Of a stretch of 64,000 bases of DNA, positions 27,928-37,280 are shown in pieces. The position numbers were made by a program, and so were the translations under genes. The notes beneath the pieces were generated by a model. The model ran no database searches. It was not told the origin of the DNA and saw only the letters and a program-made list of their open reading frames with translations. This DNA is from Nitrososphaeria archaeon (GTDB lineage: Archaea; Thermoproteota; Nitrososphaeria; Nitrososphaerales; JAAOZN01), in NCBI GenBank assembly GCA_029775855.1, contig JARVJZ010000005.1, positions 1 through 64,000 of the forward strand. The letters are read 5' to 3'. How positions within the stretch are numbered: the stretch's first letter is position 1; each line of letters opens with the position of its first letter.

Positions 27928-28239
27928 AGAGGTATATTATAGAGGATTAAAGCTGCTTATCAACATTAGGTTAGCCTTGGGAAACTACAAACTCTACCTC
28001 TACAGCAGATACATCGAGGCGAGTAATCTTAAGAGGCGCTGAACCTTTCGATTTACCTTTTTTGTGAAAAGAGGTGTAAGTATGGCAAGGATGTAGCTAA
28101 ACCGGTGCCTGTAAATAGAGACGCATCAAAGCTTCAGAGAGATTCGAACACTATAGGTTTGGTTAGTATATGCACATTAAGCGTTAGAGTTGGTGTACTT
28201 CCAAGATGAGCAGCCAATTCGGCTTTAATCCGCAGCGAA

Positions 28240-28545
28240 TAGCCAGAGCGACCAGAGGATGTATATCTTGCCGGAAGATCTAGCGCTAGATGTGAAGCCA
28301 CGGATAGCAGACCCAAGAAACCATATCTTCTGAGTCTGGAGTTAAGGCTTGTGTAACGCTAGCAGCGTTGGCGCTACTACTGTGCATAAACAGGATAGAG
28401 TAAATGATCTATGCACAAGGAACAAGGCGTCTATCTCAGGTGTCATGGCTAGAAGCGATAACGCTAATGCCTTCTTTGAATCGATGTGTAAGAGCGTTAA
28501 AGCAACAAATAGTACAACAAAGTGGACAAGGAGTTCAAAACCTTG
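28240..28545 (-). pseudogene. Frameshifted membrane-bound metal-dependent hydrolase (YdjM-like)
   Basis: H...PEIDALF..HRSFTLS in one frame and SHLALD in another, separated by a stop and frameshift near 28320-28344. Confidence 0.6.
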
Positions 28546-28650
28546 ACTAGCACCTACCGTAAGAAAACGACTTAAAAAACATTTAGTAAACGTGTGCACT
28601 ATCCGCAATCGAACAGTTAATATAATTCGGTGGGTAGAGAGAGGCTTGGG

Positions 28651-29217
28651 ATGGATAGGGCAAGGATAGTCGTGGAGGGTGAGGTTCAAGGCGTAGGCTA
28701 CCGCTACTATGTGAGGAAGGCGGCTTGGAAGCTTGGGCTCAAAGGCTACGTGGAAAACCTAGTGGACGGCTCAGTTGAAGTAGTGGTTGAGGGTGATAGG
28801 AGAAGCATAGAGGAGTTCATAAAGGCGATAAACATCGTGAAGCCACCTATTAACGTTATGAAAGTGGGTGTAGAATACCAGCCACCGACAGGAGAATTCA
28901 AAACATTCAGGATAAAGACAGGTACATTAGAAGAGGAGATGGTTGAAGGCTTCTCAACGGGTGCATCGTACTTTGAAGTTATGTTTACAAAGCAGGACCA
29001 GATGCTTGCAAAGCAAGACCAGATGCTTGCGAAGCAAGATAAAATGCTGGAAAAGCAGGACCAGATGCTGGTAAAGCAAGACCAGATGATTGAGCTTCAG
29101 AAGCAGACCCTTAACGAAGTGAAGGCTTTAAGGGTGGAGTTAAGGACGATATTAGATGAGAGGCTAAGAGTTATAGAGCAGGATGTAGCATTAATTAAAG
29201 CGAGGCTAGGCCTATAA
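28651..29217 (+). CDS. Acylphosphatase domain fused to a C-terminal heptad-repeat coiled coil
   Basis: G.VQGVGYR, GYVENL.DGSVE; probable start ATG 28651, 26 nt after TTAATATA. Confidence 0.85.
   Translation: MDRARIVVEGEVQGVGYRYYVRKAAWKLGLKGYVENLVDGSVEVVVEGDRRSIEEFIKAINIVKPPINVMKVGVEYQPPTGEFKTFRIKTGTLEEEMVEGFSTGASYFEVMFTKQDQMLAKQDQMLAKQDKMLEKQDQMLVKQDQMIELQKQTLNEVKALRVELRTILDERLRVIEQDVALIKARLGL
28990..29094 (+). repeat. 5 x 21-bp coding tandem repeat (KQDQMLx)
   Basis: aagcaggaccagatgcttgca / aagcaagaccagatgcttgcg / aagcaagataaaatgctggaa / aagcaggaccagatgctggta / aagcaagaccagatgattgag. Confidence 0.95.
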
Positions 29218-29228
29218 ATTTTTGTAGG

Positions 29229-29327
29229 CTTAGGGATGACCTTACTATCGCCGCACAAATGAAGCGCTTAGGTATTAACGAAATTTACTCGTTCAACCGT
29301 AGGCTTTTAAATAATTACAAACGTTAA
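29229..29327 (+). pseudogene. C-terminal remnant of a PIN/VapC toxin
   Basis: Reads DDLTIAAQMKRLGINEIYSFNR, matching the VapC D..IAA.M...GI.EIYSFD end. Confidence 0.6.
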
Positions 29328-29482
29328 AAGCTTCTTTTAAGTAAAATGCTTAGGTAGTAATCTAAATTTCCTACTTGAGGCTCCGCGTCTAACTCATCTT
29401 TTCATCCCACAGTCAATATTATAGTTGTGTATGCTTGTGCAGATAAGGTGTTATTGTCTTATTGCCATATGTCCTTCAGGCA

Positions 29483-29880
29483 TGATCAAGGTGAAGGTTG
29501 ACGAGAGGCTTGACCGTAAGTTTAGGGAGTTAGCTATGTGGGTTCGGGTTCGTTAAGGGTGCCCTTAGCAGAGCGGCTGAAGAAGCCATGGTATTGTGGA
29601 TGCCAACCGTGGAAAAGGCGTAAATAGTCTTCGAGGAGAATACGTTGGAAGCCATAGACGGCTTGCTCAGCGATGTTGAAATCGACGCTGCGGAGCCTCA
29701 GCATAAAATTACGGACCTTTAGCTGATAAAGAATGCCCAGAAGATACCGGATTGACACAAAATTTTCCGAGAAGCTATGCTTCCCCAAAAGAAGAAAGGA
29801 AGAATGCAAGAAGCTTCTATACCGGTTCAAGAATGGAAAAGCTGATGGTGTTGCAAGAGATTTCTCAATTCTTCAGCGTC
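29483..29880 (+). pseudogene. Decayed antitoxin plus PIN toxin pair
   Basis: MIKVKVDERLDRKFRELAM / FGFVKGALSRAAEEAMVLW (RHH-like antitoxin, frameshifted), then from 29733 IDTKIFREAML / ECKKLLYRFKNGK...DFSI (PIN N-terminus, frameshifted). Confidence 0.6.
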
Positions 29881-30380
29881 ATCCACTATTGTTCTGCTGC
29901 ATATAAAGCTCTATAAAAATAAAAATCTTACAATATCCGCCCTCTAGGTTGATAAAAAAGGAGGTGGTAAAGGGGAAAGACCGCCTCCACCACCATATTT
30001 TTTGCATAATATAATCTAGTGGCTCCTCAATCCTAGAAGCCTTTGTTCTTCAAAGATACTGCGGAGTATGTTATGTTTATTACGCTATCATAAGTCGATG
30101 AGACACACCTTCAATAGTCTATTTAGCGGATTGGAGAAGAATGTCTTCGAGTTAAATGATGTGAAGGTAGCAAGGCTCAACCTAGAATAGTGAAACAGAT
30201 GCTCGCACCAAGCGAGAAGAGCCTAAACCTCAAGGCTAATTTTACTTATGGTTTTGAATGTGAGTTTCTAGAAAAGGTGCAACTTAGCAAGAAGTGAAAT
30301 AAAAGCTAAAGTAGTAGAAAAGTAGACAGATCGATGCACTTAAAAGGTAACTCAATCTATTAGGCAGAGCTGGTATCATC

Positions 30381-30590
30381 CTTCTTGAACTTGGATTCAT
30401 CTACGGCTATACAACTCCTTAACCTTACATGGTTCATCACAGATCAACCCCTTCAACCTATGGAACCAGTATTGGACAGCTACATGGCTGCTCTATCAGC
30501 CCTATTCTAAAGCTCATGACTTCATAAGGGAGTTCAGCTATGTAGAGCATGCAGCAAGACCCTTCCCCTTAAAGGCAATTTGTTATGTTG
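30381..30590 (-). mobile_element. IS6-family transposase remnant
   Basis: Across frameshifts: NKLPLRGRVL, SHVAVQYWFHRL, CIAVDESKFK, resembling archaeal IS6 SHVAVW.W...IAVDET.(V/L)K; no terminal repeats identified. Confidence 0.55.
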
Positions 30591-30825
30591 AGAGATACTC
30601 CTGCTACGAACGCGTTGAGAAGGAGCGCATAAGCTCCCATCTTGGATTATGTGAGAGCAGCCTCTCAAGACCGCTCAGCTTATCAAGCAAAACCCCTAGA
30701 CAAGGAACTTAAACCTTACTTTAACGGTACAGATCAAGCAACCAGCAAGTTTATAGTTAGGCAATTTCCAACAACCTGAACGTTAAAGTGTTTGGGGAGA
30801 ACTTGAAGAACGAAAAGGAGGAGGG

Positions 30826-31884
30826 ATAAAAATCACAAAATGTTATATTTTAGGAGCAGGAGCTTCATATGGCTATGACGAAAGTTTACCAAATAATTCG
30901 CGTCCACCTTTATCTGATGAGTTCTTTATTAAAGGTAGTCAGTTACAGATCTTCACCGAGGAAGCTTTCCCAGAATTATTCGAAAGCTTAAAAGAGTATC
31001 TTGCGGTAGTAAGAAGTATTAATAATTTTGACTTGCTTAACCTGAAGTGTGACATTGAAGAATTTCTAGCGTGGCTCGCTAACGAGTTTTATAAAATAAC
31101 ACCACAGACAAGTGATGATTTTAAGCGAAGTCAATATTTGCAAAAAGCTTTAGGACAATCCTTTTACTTCATATACGAGCTTCTTAGGCACTACACACTT
31201 ACTTACATACCTAAATTTGACAATTATAGAAGACTCGCTCTTCATTATCATGACTGTAGGTATAATGTAATAACTCTGAACTATGATACACTTTTTGAGG
31301 CGGCTATACAAAGTGTTAAACTTAATTTTCACTATTTCCAAGGACCGCATCACCCGAAAAGCATACCAATTGCAAAGCTCCATGGCTCCATAAATTGGGT
31401 GAATCCATGCCGAGGGGGAATAGCTTATGAAGGTGTTATGGAAGATGCTTTCTCAGTGATTACAAGTTCTATTTTCTCTAATAAATTCTGGGTTATGCCA
31501 CTTAAGATTTTGCCACCTGCTGCTATTAGGGATATATGTTACAAAGACTTTGTTCGCTCTGGAATAGATTACGACGAACCAGCTTTAATTCCACCGTTTG
31601 CAGATTATAAAGACTATGAAAAAGTGGAGAGGTATAAGGAGGTTTGGGCTTTCGCGGAATCAATGCTCCGCGAAGCTTCAGAATTGATTGTTATTGGGTG
31701 TTCGGTTCGCCCACAGGATAGAAAATTTAATGAGTTGCTTAGAAAAAGCCTAAAAGATGGTATTGCCGTAACGGTGGTTAGCAGGCATCCTGATGTAGTT
31801 TTGGACAGATTAAAAATTATCCTTACTAACCCGCAATTTGAATCACCATTTGAATCCTTTGAGGACTACGCTAAAACTTTATGA
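30826..31884 (+). CDS. SIR2-like (SIR2_2) NADase-type protein, putative defence effector
   Basis: Open frame extends upstream of the called 31033 start to include CYILGAGAS..RPPL; also ITLNYD, KLHGSINW, VIGCS...D. Confidence 0.85.
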   Translation: MKITKCYILGAGASYGYDESLPNNSRPPLSDEFFIKGSQLQIFTEEAFPELFESLKEYLAVVRSINNFDLLNLKCDIEEFLAWLANEFYKITPQTSDDFKRSQYLQKALGQSFYFIYELLRHYTLTYIPKFDNYRRLALHYHDCRYNVITLNYDTLFEAAIQSVKLNFHYFQGPHHPKSIPIAKLHGSINWVNPCRGGIAYEGVMEDAFSVITSSIFSNKFWVMPLKILPPAAIRDICYKDFVRSGIDYDEPALIPPFADYKDYEKVERYKEVWAFAESMLREASELIVIGCSVRPQDRKFNELLRKSLKDGIAVTVVSRHPDVVLDRLKIILTNPQFESPFESFEDYAKTL

Positions 31885-32316
31885 ACTTTTTGCCTATCAT
31901 CTGACTTCTAAGTGGTCGTTGCGATTTTAACTTCCCCTAAAAAGGTGACCAAAGAATGAAGTGAAAAATACGAATCTACTAGCTTTTCAGAAATAATGTA
32001 GAGAACAGCTGTAAAATAGTTTAAGCATATTGAAGTGAAAGTTGCATCAACAAACATCAAAACAACGCAAAGTTTATGTTCCAACTCCAGGAGGACCATA
32101 AACATAAAGGACTCTTTTCCTACCTTTAAAACACTCTCCAAGCTATTGCAACAGACTCGGTTCTCTTCTTGTACTATGGACGACGAGTTCCTTCTCCTGC
32201 TCGAACAAGGCATGCTCAGAGTACGGAGTCAATGGGGAGGTTAACGTAAGGTTGAAGCAGTGGTATGTGAGGAATCAAGTGGCAGAGTTCATCTGTAGAA
32301 TTTCTGGCAAGACCTT

Positions 32317-33130
32317 TCAATGATAACGGCGATTGACATGCGTGTAGATGTTGTTTGCTGTGTTTGCCCATATTAGGTATGTTGGGTTTAGTCTTCTGTG
32401 TTTGAGTGCTTCTGCCATCGCTTCTCTATCCCCTTTCTCAACCGCTTCTTGTAGTCTTTTGTCTTCGTGGAATTTTGGTGCGAAGATCTGTGTTAGTATG
32501 ATTCTCTGTAGCTCTTTGAGCTGTTTTCCGCTCAGCGTGTTTATCGTCTTCAGGTTCTGCTGCTTTGATGCTAGTAGGTTTATGTTGAAGCCTAGTGCTT
32601 CGAGCTTCATCAACGCTTTCCGATATTTCTTGTCTTCTTCATAGTCTATCTTCTTCATGCCTGCTTTTTCGAAGAATGGGTTGTACTTCGCCATGACCGC
32701 TAGTGTTTCGACGTATTTTTTGCCTGTTAGTGGCATCGTCTCCTTCACGAGTTTTACGCTTAATCCCTATTCCTCTGTATTTTGGTGCTACGATGACTCT
32801 TGCTATTCTTGTGAAGTCTCTGTTTAAGCGTTTTAGGTATTCGGTGTATGGTTTTGTAGGCTTGTATTCTGGTGCGGCTTTGCTTCTTCCTCTGCACGCG
32901 AATATTGGTGGTGTGTATGCTATTGCCCCGGCTAATTCGCCGTTTATGTATGCTGCGTAGATCTTTGTGGTGTTTGCTGGTGTGTTGGCTTTGTAGTGTA
33001 GGTGCTCTAGCCTTTTGAGTTCTTCTCTCGACGCTTCTTTGATCTCTGCTTGCTTAAGTAGTGTGCATTCTCTTGCTTTGTATTGGTAGGTTTTAACATC
33101 AACTTCATCTCTAGGTTTGAATGTGTTCAC
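32317..33130 (-). pseudogene. GNAT/Mom-like acetyltransferase domain split by a +1 frameshift
   Basis: LEHLHY, GAIAY.PP, RIARVIVAPKYRGIG joins LSVKLVKET..VETLAVMAKYNPFFEKAGM if one G is removed at 32765-32767. Confidence 0.75.
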
Positions 33131-33388
33131 GTATTCTCTGTTTGGGTCGTCGAATGTCGCTTCGAATGTTGAAGCCTTCTCAACGCTTAAGAATACGTCC
33201 GCTGAGACGAGCTCACTCGATATTGTGTAGATCCATGCCTCCGTGTTTGATTTTTAGCTGAGCTAGCAGCGAGGAGTAGCGTTAATAGAGCCTCAAACAG
33301 AAGCAAAACAGCAGAAGACCGATTTAAGAAGACCAGCTGACAGAATACTATACGAGAAGTGGGTCAGAGAGAAGGCTACATAACACAA

Positions 33389-33500
33389 GCCCCTCCTAAG
33401 AATGTTGTGTTTAGGTTCTGGATTGCTGATAGTATGTTTGCTGCCGATATATGAGGCGTCATGGTTCGGGCTGTTTGAGATGTTGGGTTCCTTATGCGAA
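33389..33500 (-). pseudogene. Decayed fragment of a paralog of the 624-aa membrane protein
   Basis: SAANILSAIQNLN---TTFLGGA aligns with TPANITSVVQNLNATFTTFIGGA (37636-37699). Confidence 0.55.
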
Positions 33501-33679
33501 GACTGAAGCTGTCGCTGTTAAAGGTATACTTATGAAACAGCTCAGGTTCAGTATGTAGGTCAGTAGAGTTATTGAAGCAGTATGGCTATGGTCTTCACGT
33601 ACTCTATACAATTTAGTTTGAATCACATCTTTATAGGTGGAGAATATGGTTGCGAGTAGGGATGCGGTGAAGCCTGTTC

Positions 33680-34549
33680 TCAGCTGCTTGCTGATTTGAT
33701 GTGCCCCTTCTCAATTAAGTAATCACGAAGTGCGTGCTTCCAATCTCTAACTTTTATCCCGTATTCCTTGAGTTTTATGCTTTTTAACGCAGAAAATAGT
33801 GGGCGCTTAGCTTTAATTTGGAGCTGATCTGTTTTAATCGGTTTTAAATCCGCATTAATTCCTGTGAGTTTGAAGATCACATCGGCAAATTGGAACCATG
33901 TGCAGTAGCCCTTATTGGTTGCATGGTAGATTCCATATGGTAATTGTAGTTCCAGAACTTTCTTGATTATTAGCGCGGCATCTTTTGTGTAGGTGGGGCT
34001 TATCCACATGTCATCCACAACACTTATGGGCTCGTTTTTCTTGGCTTTAGCTATCATTGTTTCAACGAAGTTCCCGCCTTTCCCGCTGGCACCAACCACT
34101 CCGAAAAGGCTTGCCACCCTGAGAATGTAATGTTTTGGATTCTGTTTCGTGAAAAATTCTCCTGCTAATTTAGAGATTCCATAAGTGTTAAGAGGGTTTG
34201 GCGTGTCTTCTTCCGTATAGGGCTGACCCTTTAAACCGTTGAAAACATAGTCTGTGCTTATAAAAACGGTTGTGGCTCCGACTTCCATCGATGCTTCAGT
34301 TACATTTTTTGCTCCAATGGCATTTACAGCGAATGCCTTTTCAGGTTCTACTTCACATTGATCAACTTTTACATAAGCAGCCGTGTTTATGACTATGTGC
34401 GGATTGTGCATTTTTAGTACTTTGCAGCTATGCGGGCAGGTAACTTCTATTTCCTTATGAGTTAAGCCAACGACCTCATGATCTTGTCCTAAAACTCTCA
34501 TGAGGTCTGTACCAAGCTGCCCGGTTGAGCCTATAACGATTATTTTCAT
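33680..34549 (-). CDS. rmlD: dTDP-4-dehydrorhamnose reductase
   Basis: GSTGQLG, AAYVKVD.CE, ISTDYVF.G, YGISKLAGE, RPLFSAL. Confidence 0.93.
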   Translation of the reverse strand: MKIIVIGSTGQLGTDLMRVLGQDHEVVGLTHKEIEVTCPHSCKVLKMHNPHIVINTAAYVKVDQCEVEPEKAFAVNAIGAKNVTEASMEVGATTVFISTDYVFNGLKGQPYTEEDTPNPLNTYGISKLAGEFFTKQNPKHYILRVASLFGVVGASGKGGNFVETMIAKAKKNEPISVVDDMWISPTYTKDAALIIKKVLELQLPYGIYHATNKGYCTWFQFADVIFKLTGINADLKPIKTDQLQIKAKRPLFSALKSIKLKEYGIKVRDWKHALRDYLIEKGHIKSASS

Positions 34550-34593
34550 AACTACAACCCTTAATTACAATGTAATGGAAACGATGAGCAATG

Positions 34594-35592
34594 TCATGTG
34601 AATTTGTGGTGGAAGTCGATTTCCTGTGCTTGGATTATCGTGGTCCACCACCATCTGTTTGTTTTATACCACTCAATTGTTTTTCTTATACCGTCTTCAA
34701 ATTTTGTTTTAGGCTTCCATCCAAGCTGTTTTATTTTTTGAATATCTAGAGAGTAGCGTATGTCGTGTCCAGGCCTGTCCTTGACAAATTGGATTAGGCT
34801 TTCAGGTTTGTCCATAATTCTTAGTATCGTTTGTACGACTTGGATGTTTGTGAATTCTTGTTTGCCAGCTATGTTGTAGACTTGTCCAGTTTCGCCTTTA
34901 TGCAGTATGAGGCTTAGGGCTTCGCAGGTATCCTCTACAAAGATCCAGTCTCTAACGTTTTCTCCCTGCGCATACACTGGAATTTCGCGGTTTAACAAAG
35001 CGTAGATAATGGTTTTTGGAACAAGTTTCTCAGGATGCTGGTAATAGCCATAATTGTTTGTGGACCTTGCAATAACTATAGGTAAATTGTAAGTTTCAAA
35101 AAAGGCTTTGCAAAGCAGGTCCGCTGAGGCTTTAGAAGCAGCATAAGGGTTTCTAGGGGAAAGCCTATCCTCTTCTTTAAAGCTGCCTTCCAAAATGTGG
35201 CCGTAAACCTCATCTGTACTTATATGCACAAACTTTTCCACATCATGTTTTCTACACGCTTCCAATAAGGTGTATGTTCCAAAAACGTTTGTCAAAACAA
35301 AGCTGCCCGCCTCAATCACACTTCTATCAACATGGGTTTCAGCTGCAAAATTCACCACAAAGCTGCATCCTTGAATGGCTTTATCCACATCCTCTCTACG
35401 GCAGATGTCGCCTTCAATTAAAGTTATTTCGGTTTCAACGTCCTGCAGGTTTTCTCTTCGCCCAGCATAAGTCAACTTATCAAGAACAACACACTCCATA
35501 GAATGTTCATTAACTAAGTGGCGGACAAAGTTGCTACCAATAAAGCCAGCTCCGCCTGTGACAAGCACTTTCAACGCTTTATCAACCCTCAC
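34594..35592 (-). CDS. rmlB: dTDP-glucose 4,6-dehydratase
   Basis: GGAGFIG, DKLTYAG, AAETHVDRS, STDEVYG, YAASK, DRPGHDIRY. Confidence 0.95.
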   Translation of the reverse strand: MRVDKALKVLVTGGAGFIGSNFVRHLVNEHSMECVVLDKLTYAGRRENLQDVETEITLIEGDICRREDVDKAIQGCSFVVNFAAETHVDRSVIEAGSFVLTNVFGTYTLLEACRKHDVEKFVHISTDEVYGHILEGSFKEEDRLSPRNPYAASKASADLLCKAFFETYNLPIVIARSTNNYGYYQHPEKLVPKTIIYALLNREIPVYAQGENVRDWIFVEDTCEALSLILHKGETGQVYNIAGKQEFTNIQVVQTILRIMDKPESLIQFVKDRPGHDIRYSLDIQKIKQLGWKPKTKFEDGIRKTIEWYKTNRWWWTTIIQAQEIDFHHKFT

Positions 35593-36092
35593 TTATACGG
35601 CGGGTAAAACCAGTCCCATGGTTTGCCAACTCTTGGGTCGTCTTTCTTGCCATTGAGAGATTCGGGTATTATATTTTGGTCGTTCCATGGCCTACGTTCT
35701 TCATCAGGATCTTTGTAATCATATAATTTTGAGACGAAGTAGATGGTTAATGAAGGGTTGTTTCCGATCGTTTTAGTTCCATGCCAATAATGGCCTGGAA
35801 TCCTGACGATTTGTAATTTATGTTCGCTTGCTATGATCTCATCTAGTTCTTTTGTTTTCTCATCGTAGGCGCATATTTTCATGGCACCTTTAACTACTAT
35901 AAAGTAGTCTGTTTGGCCTCTGAGGTGTCTGTGCCAAGCTCTCACAATGTTAGGGTAGCTGTATGAAAGGTTTGCCTGGGCTATCCATTCATCACCTAAA
36001 ATTTCCTTCCAATCTTGGCGGAAAATTTCGCAGAAGAATCCTCTCTCATCAGAAATCTTCTTTAACTCAAATATTTTCACTCCATCTAACAT
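35589..36092 (-). CDS. rmlC: dTDP-4-dehydrorhamnose 3,5-epimerase
   Basis: DERGFF.E, Q.N.S.S...VRAWH.H, WHG cupin motifs. Confidence 0.9.
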   Translation of the reverse strand: MLDGVKIFELKKISDERGFFCEIFRQDWKEILGDEWIAQANLSYSYPNIVRAWHRHLRGQTDYFIVVKGAMKICAYDEKTKELDEIIASEHKLQIVRIPGHYWHGTKTIGNNPSLTIYFVSKLYDYKDPDEERRPWNDQNIIPESLNGKKDDPRVGKPWDWFYPPYK

Positions 36093-36127
36093 TATTCTCC
36101 CCTTTTCAACAAGTGGAATTTATTTCT

Positions 36128-37186
36128 TTATACTTCTACTTCTGAGTAGTCTCCCAAATGTAGCCTTATGGTGTTTTTTCTGTTGTTTTTTGTTACTTTT
36201 GCATATCTACCTATGAGGCTCTCTTCTATGCGGTCAACGTCTATTATTTGGGCGTTTTCCATGATTACACAGTATTCTATGTTAGAATTTTTTATCTTAG
36301 TGTTTTTTCCAACGCTCGTATATGGGCCGATAAAAGAATTTTCGATTTGGCAACTTCCACCTACTACAGCGGGGCCTCTTATGGTGCTGTTAACTATTTT
36401 TGCATCTTTTTCTATTTTAACCCTCCCCTCTACAGTGCTGTTGACTGTTTCACCTTCTATTTCACGTTTTATGTATTCGTCGAGGATTTTTGCGTTAGCC
36501 GCCAAAACGTCGTCCTTTTTACCCGTGTCAAGCCACCATGTTTTTAGGATTTCAGCCTTTACTTTATAGCCCAAGTTTATCATTTCTTGTATTGCATCAG
36601 TTATCTCAAGTTCACCACGCCAAGAAGGTTTGATGCGCTCTATTGCATCGTGAATTTTGTTTGAGAATAAATAAGTTCCGACTATAGCAAGGTTGCTGAT
36701 AGGTTCCTTGGGCTTTTCCACAAGTTTTATAATATTTCCTTTTTCATCTAGCATAGCCACACCGAACTTTGATGGATCATCCACCTCTTTCAGCAGTATT
36801 AGCGCATCCAAGCCTTCTTTTTCAAATTTTTCCACGAAGCTTACAATTCCTTGGCCCTGAAGGTTGTCTCCCAAACACATGACAAAATCTTCCTTACGCA
36901 AGAACTCGTTAGCGGTTTTAACAGCGTGCGCTAATCCTAAAGGCTCTTGTAAAATATACGTAACGTTAAACCCCCAATGTGCCCCATCTTTAACATACTC
37001 TTTAACATAGCCGCCAGTTTCTGGAGCAATTATGACACCGACGTCCTTGACCCCTGCTTCGGCCACTTGGTCTAGAACGTACCCTAAGATAGGTCTATTA
37101 GCTACTGGAATAAGCTGCTTAGCCAAAGTGAAGGTTAATGGACGGAGCCTGCTCCCTCTGCCGCCGCTTAATACAAGGGCCTTCAT
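36128..37186 (-). CDS. rmlA: Glucose-1-phosphate thymidylyltransferase, long form
   Basis: LSGGRGSRLRPLT..AKQLIPV, GLAHA, LGDN, EKP, RGELEITD, WLDTG, C-terminal beta-helix. Confidence 0.95.
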   Translation of the reverse strand: MKALVLSGGRGSRLRPLTFTLAKQLIPVANRPILGYVLDQVAEAGVKDVGVIIAPETGGYVKEYVKDGAHWGFNVTYILQEPLGLAHAVKTANEFLRKEDFVMCLGDNLQGQGIVSFVEKFEKEGLDALILLKEVDDPSKFGVAMLDEKGNIIKLVEKPKEPISNLAIVGTYLFSNKIHDAIERIKPSWRGELEITDAIQEMINLGYKVKAEILKTWWLDTGKKDDVLAANAKILDEYIKREIEGETVNSTVEGRVKIEKDAKIVNSTIRGPAVVGGSCQIENSFIGPYTSVGKNTKIKNSNIEYCVIMENAQIIDVDRIEESLIGRYAKVTKNNRKNTIRLHLGDYSEVEV

Positions 37187-37280
37187 GGCACTAATTTAGC
37201 GTGGTTTATTTTAAAAATTTAATTACTTTACCGTTTATTACGTGTGTATAATGGTGGATGGAAATGCTTATTGTAACCGC

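Noticed and set aside
28990-29094. Possible CRISPR-like array
   Set aside because: Contiguous in-frame 21-bp units with no spacers and no cas genes; it is a coding repeat
29534-29830. 98-aa minus-strand ORF
   Set aside because: Antisense to the decayed antitoxin/PIN pair, which explains the region better
31908-32310. Small ORFs downstream of Sir2 as a partner gene
   Set aside because: No recognisable motif on either strand; probably decayed sequence, so I could not assign it
33256-33294. Short matches to the tRNA-Thr region (gctgagcta, tagagcctc) as a possible att site
   Set aside because: Only 9 bp each and in the wrong relative order; expected by chance in 64 kb
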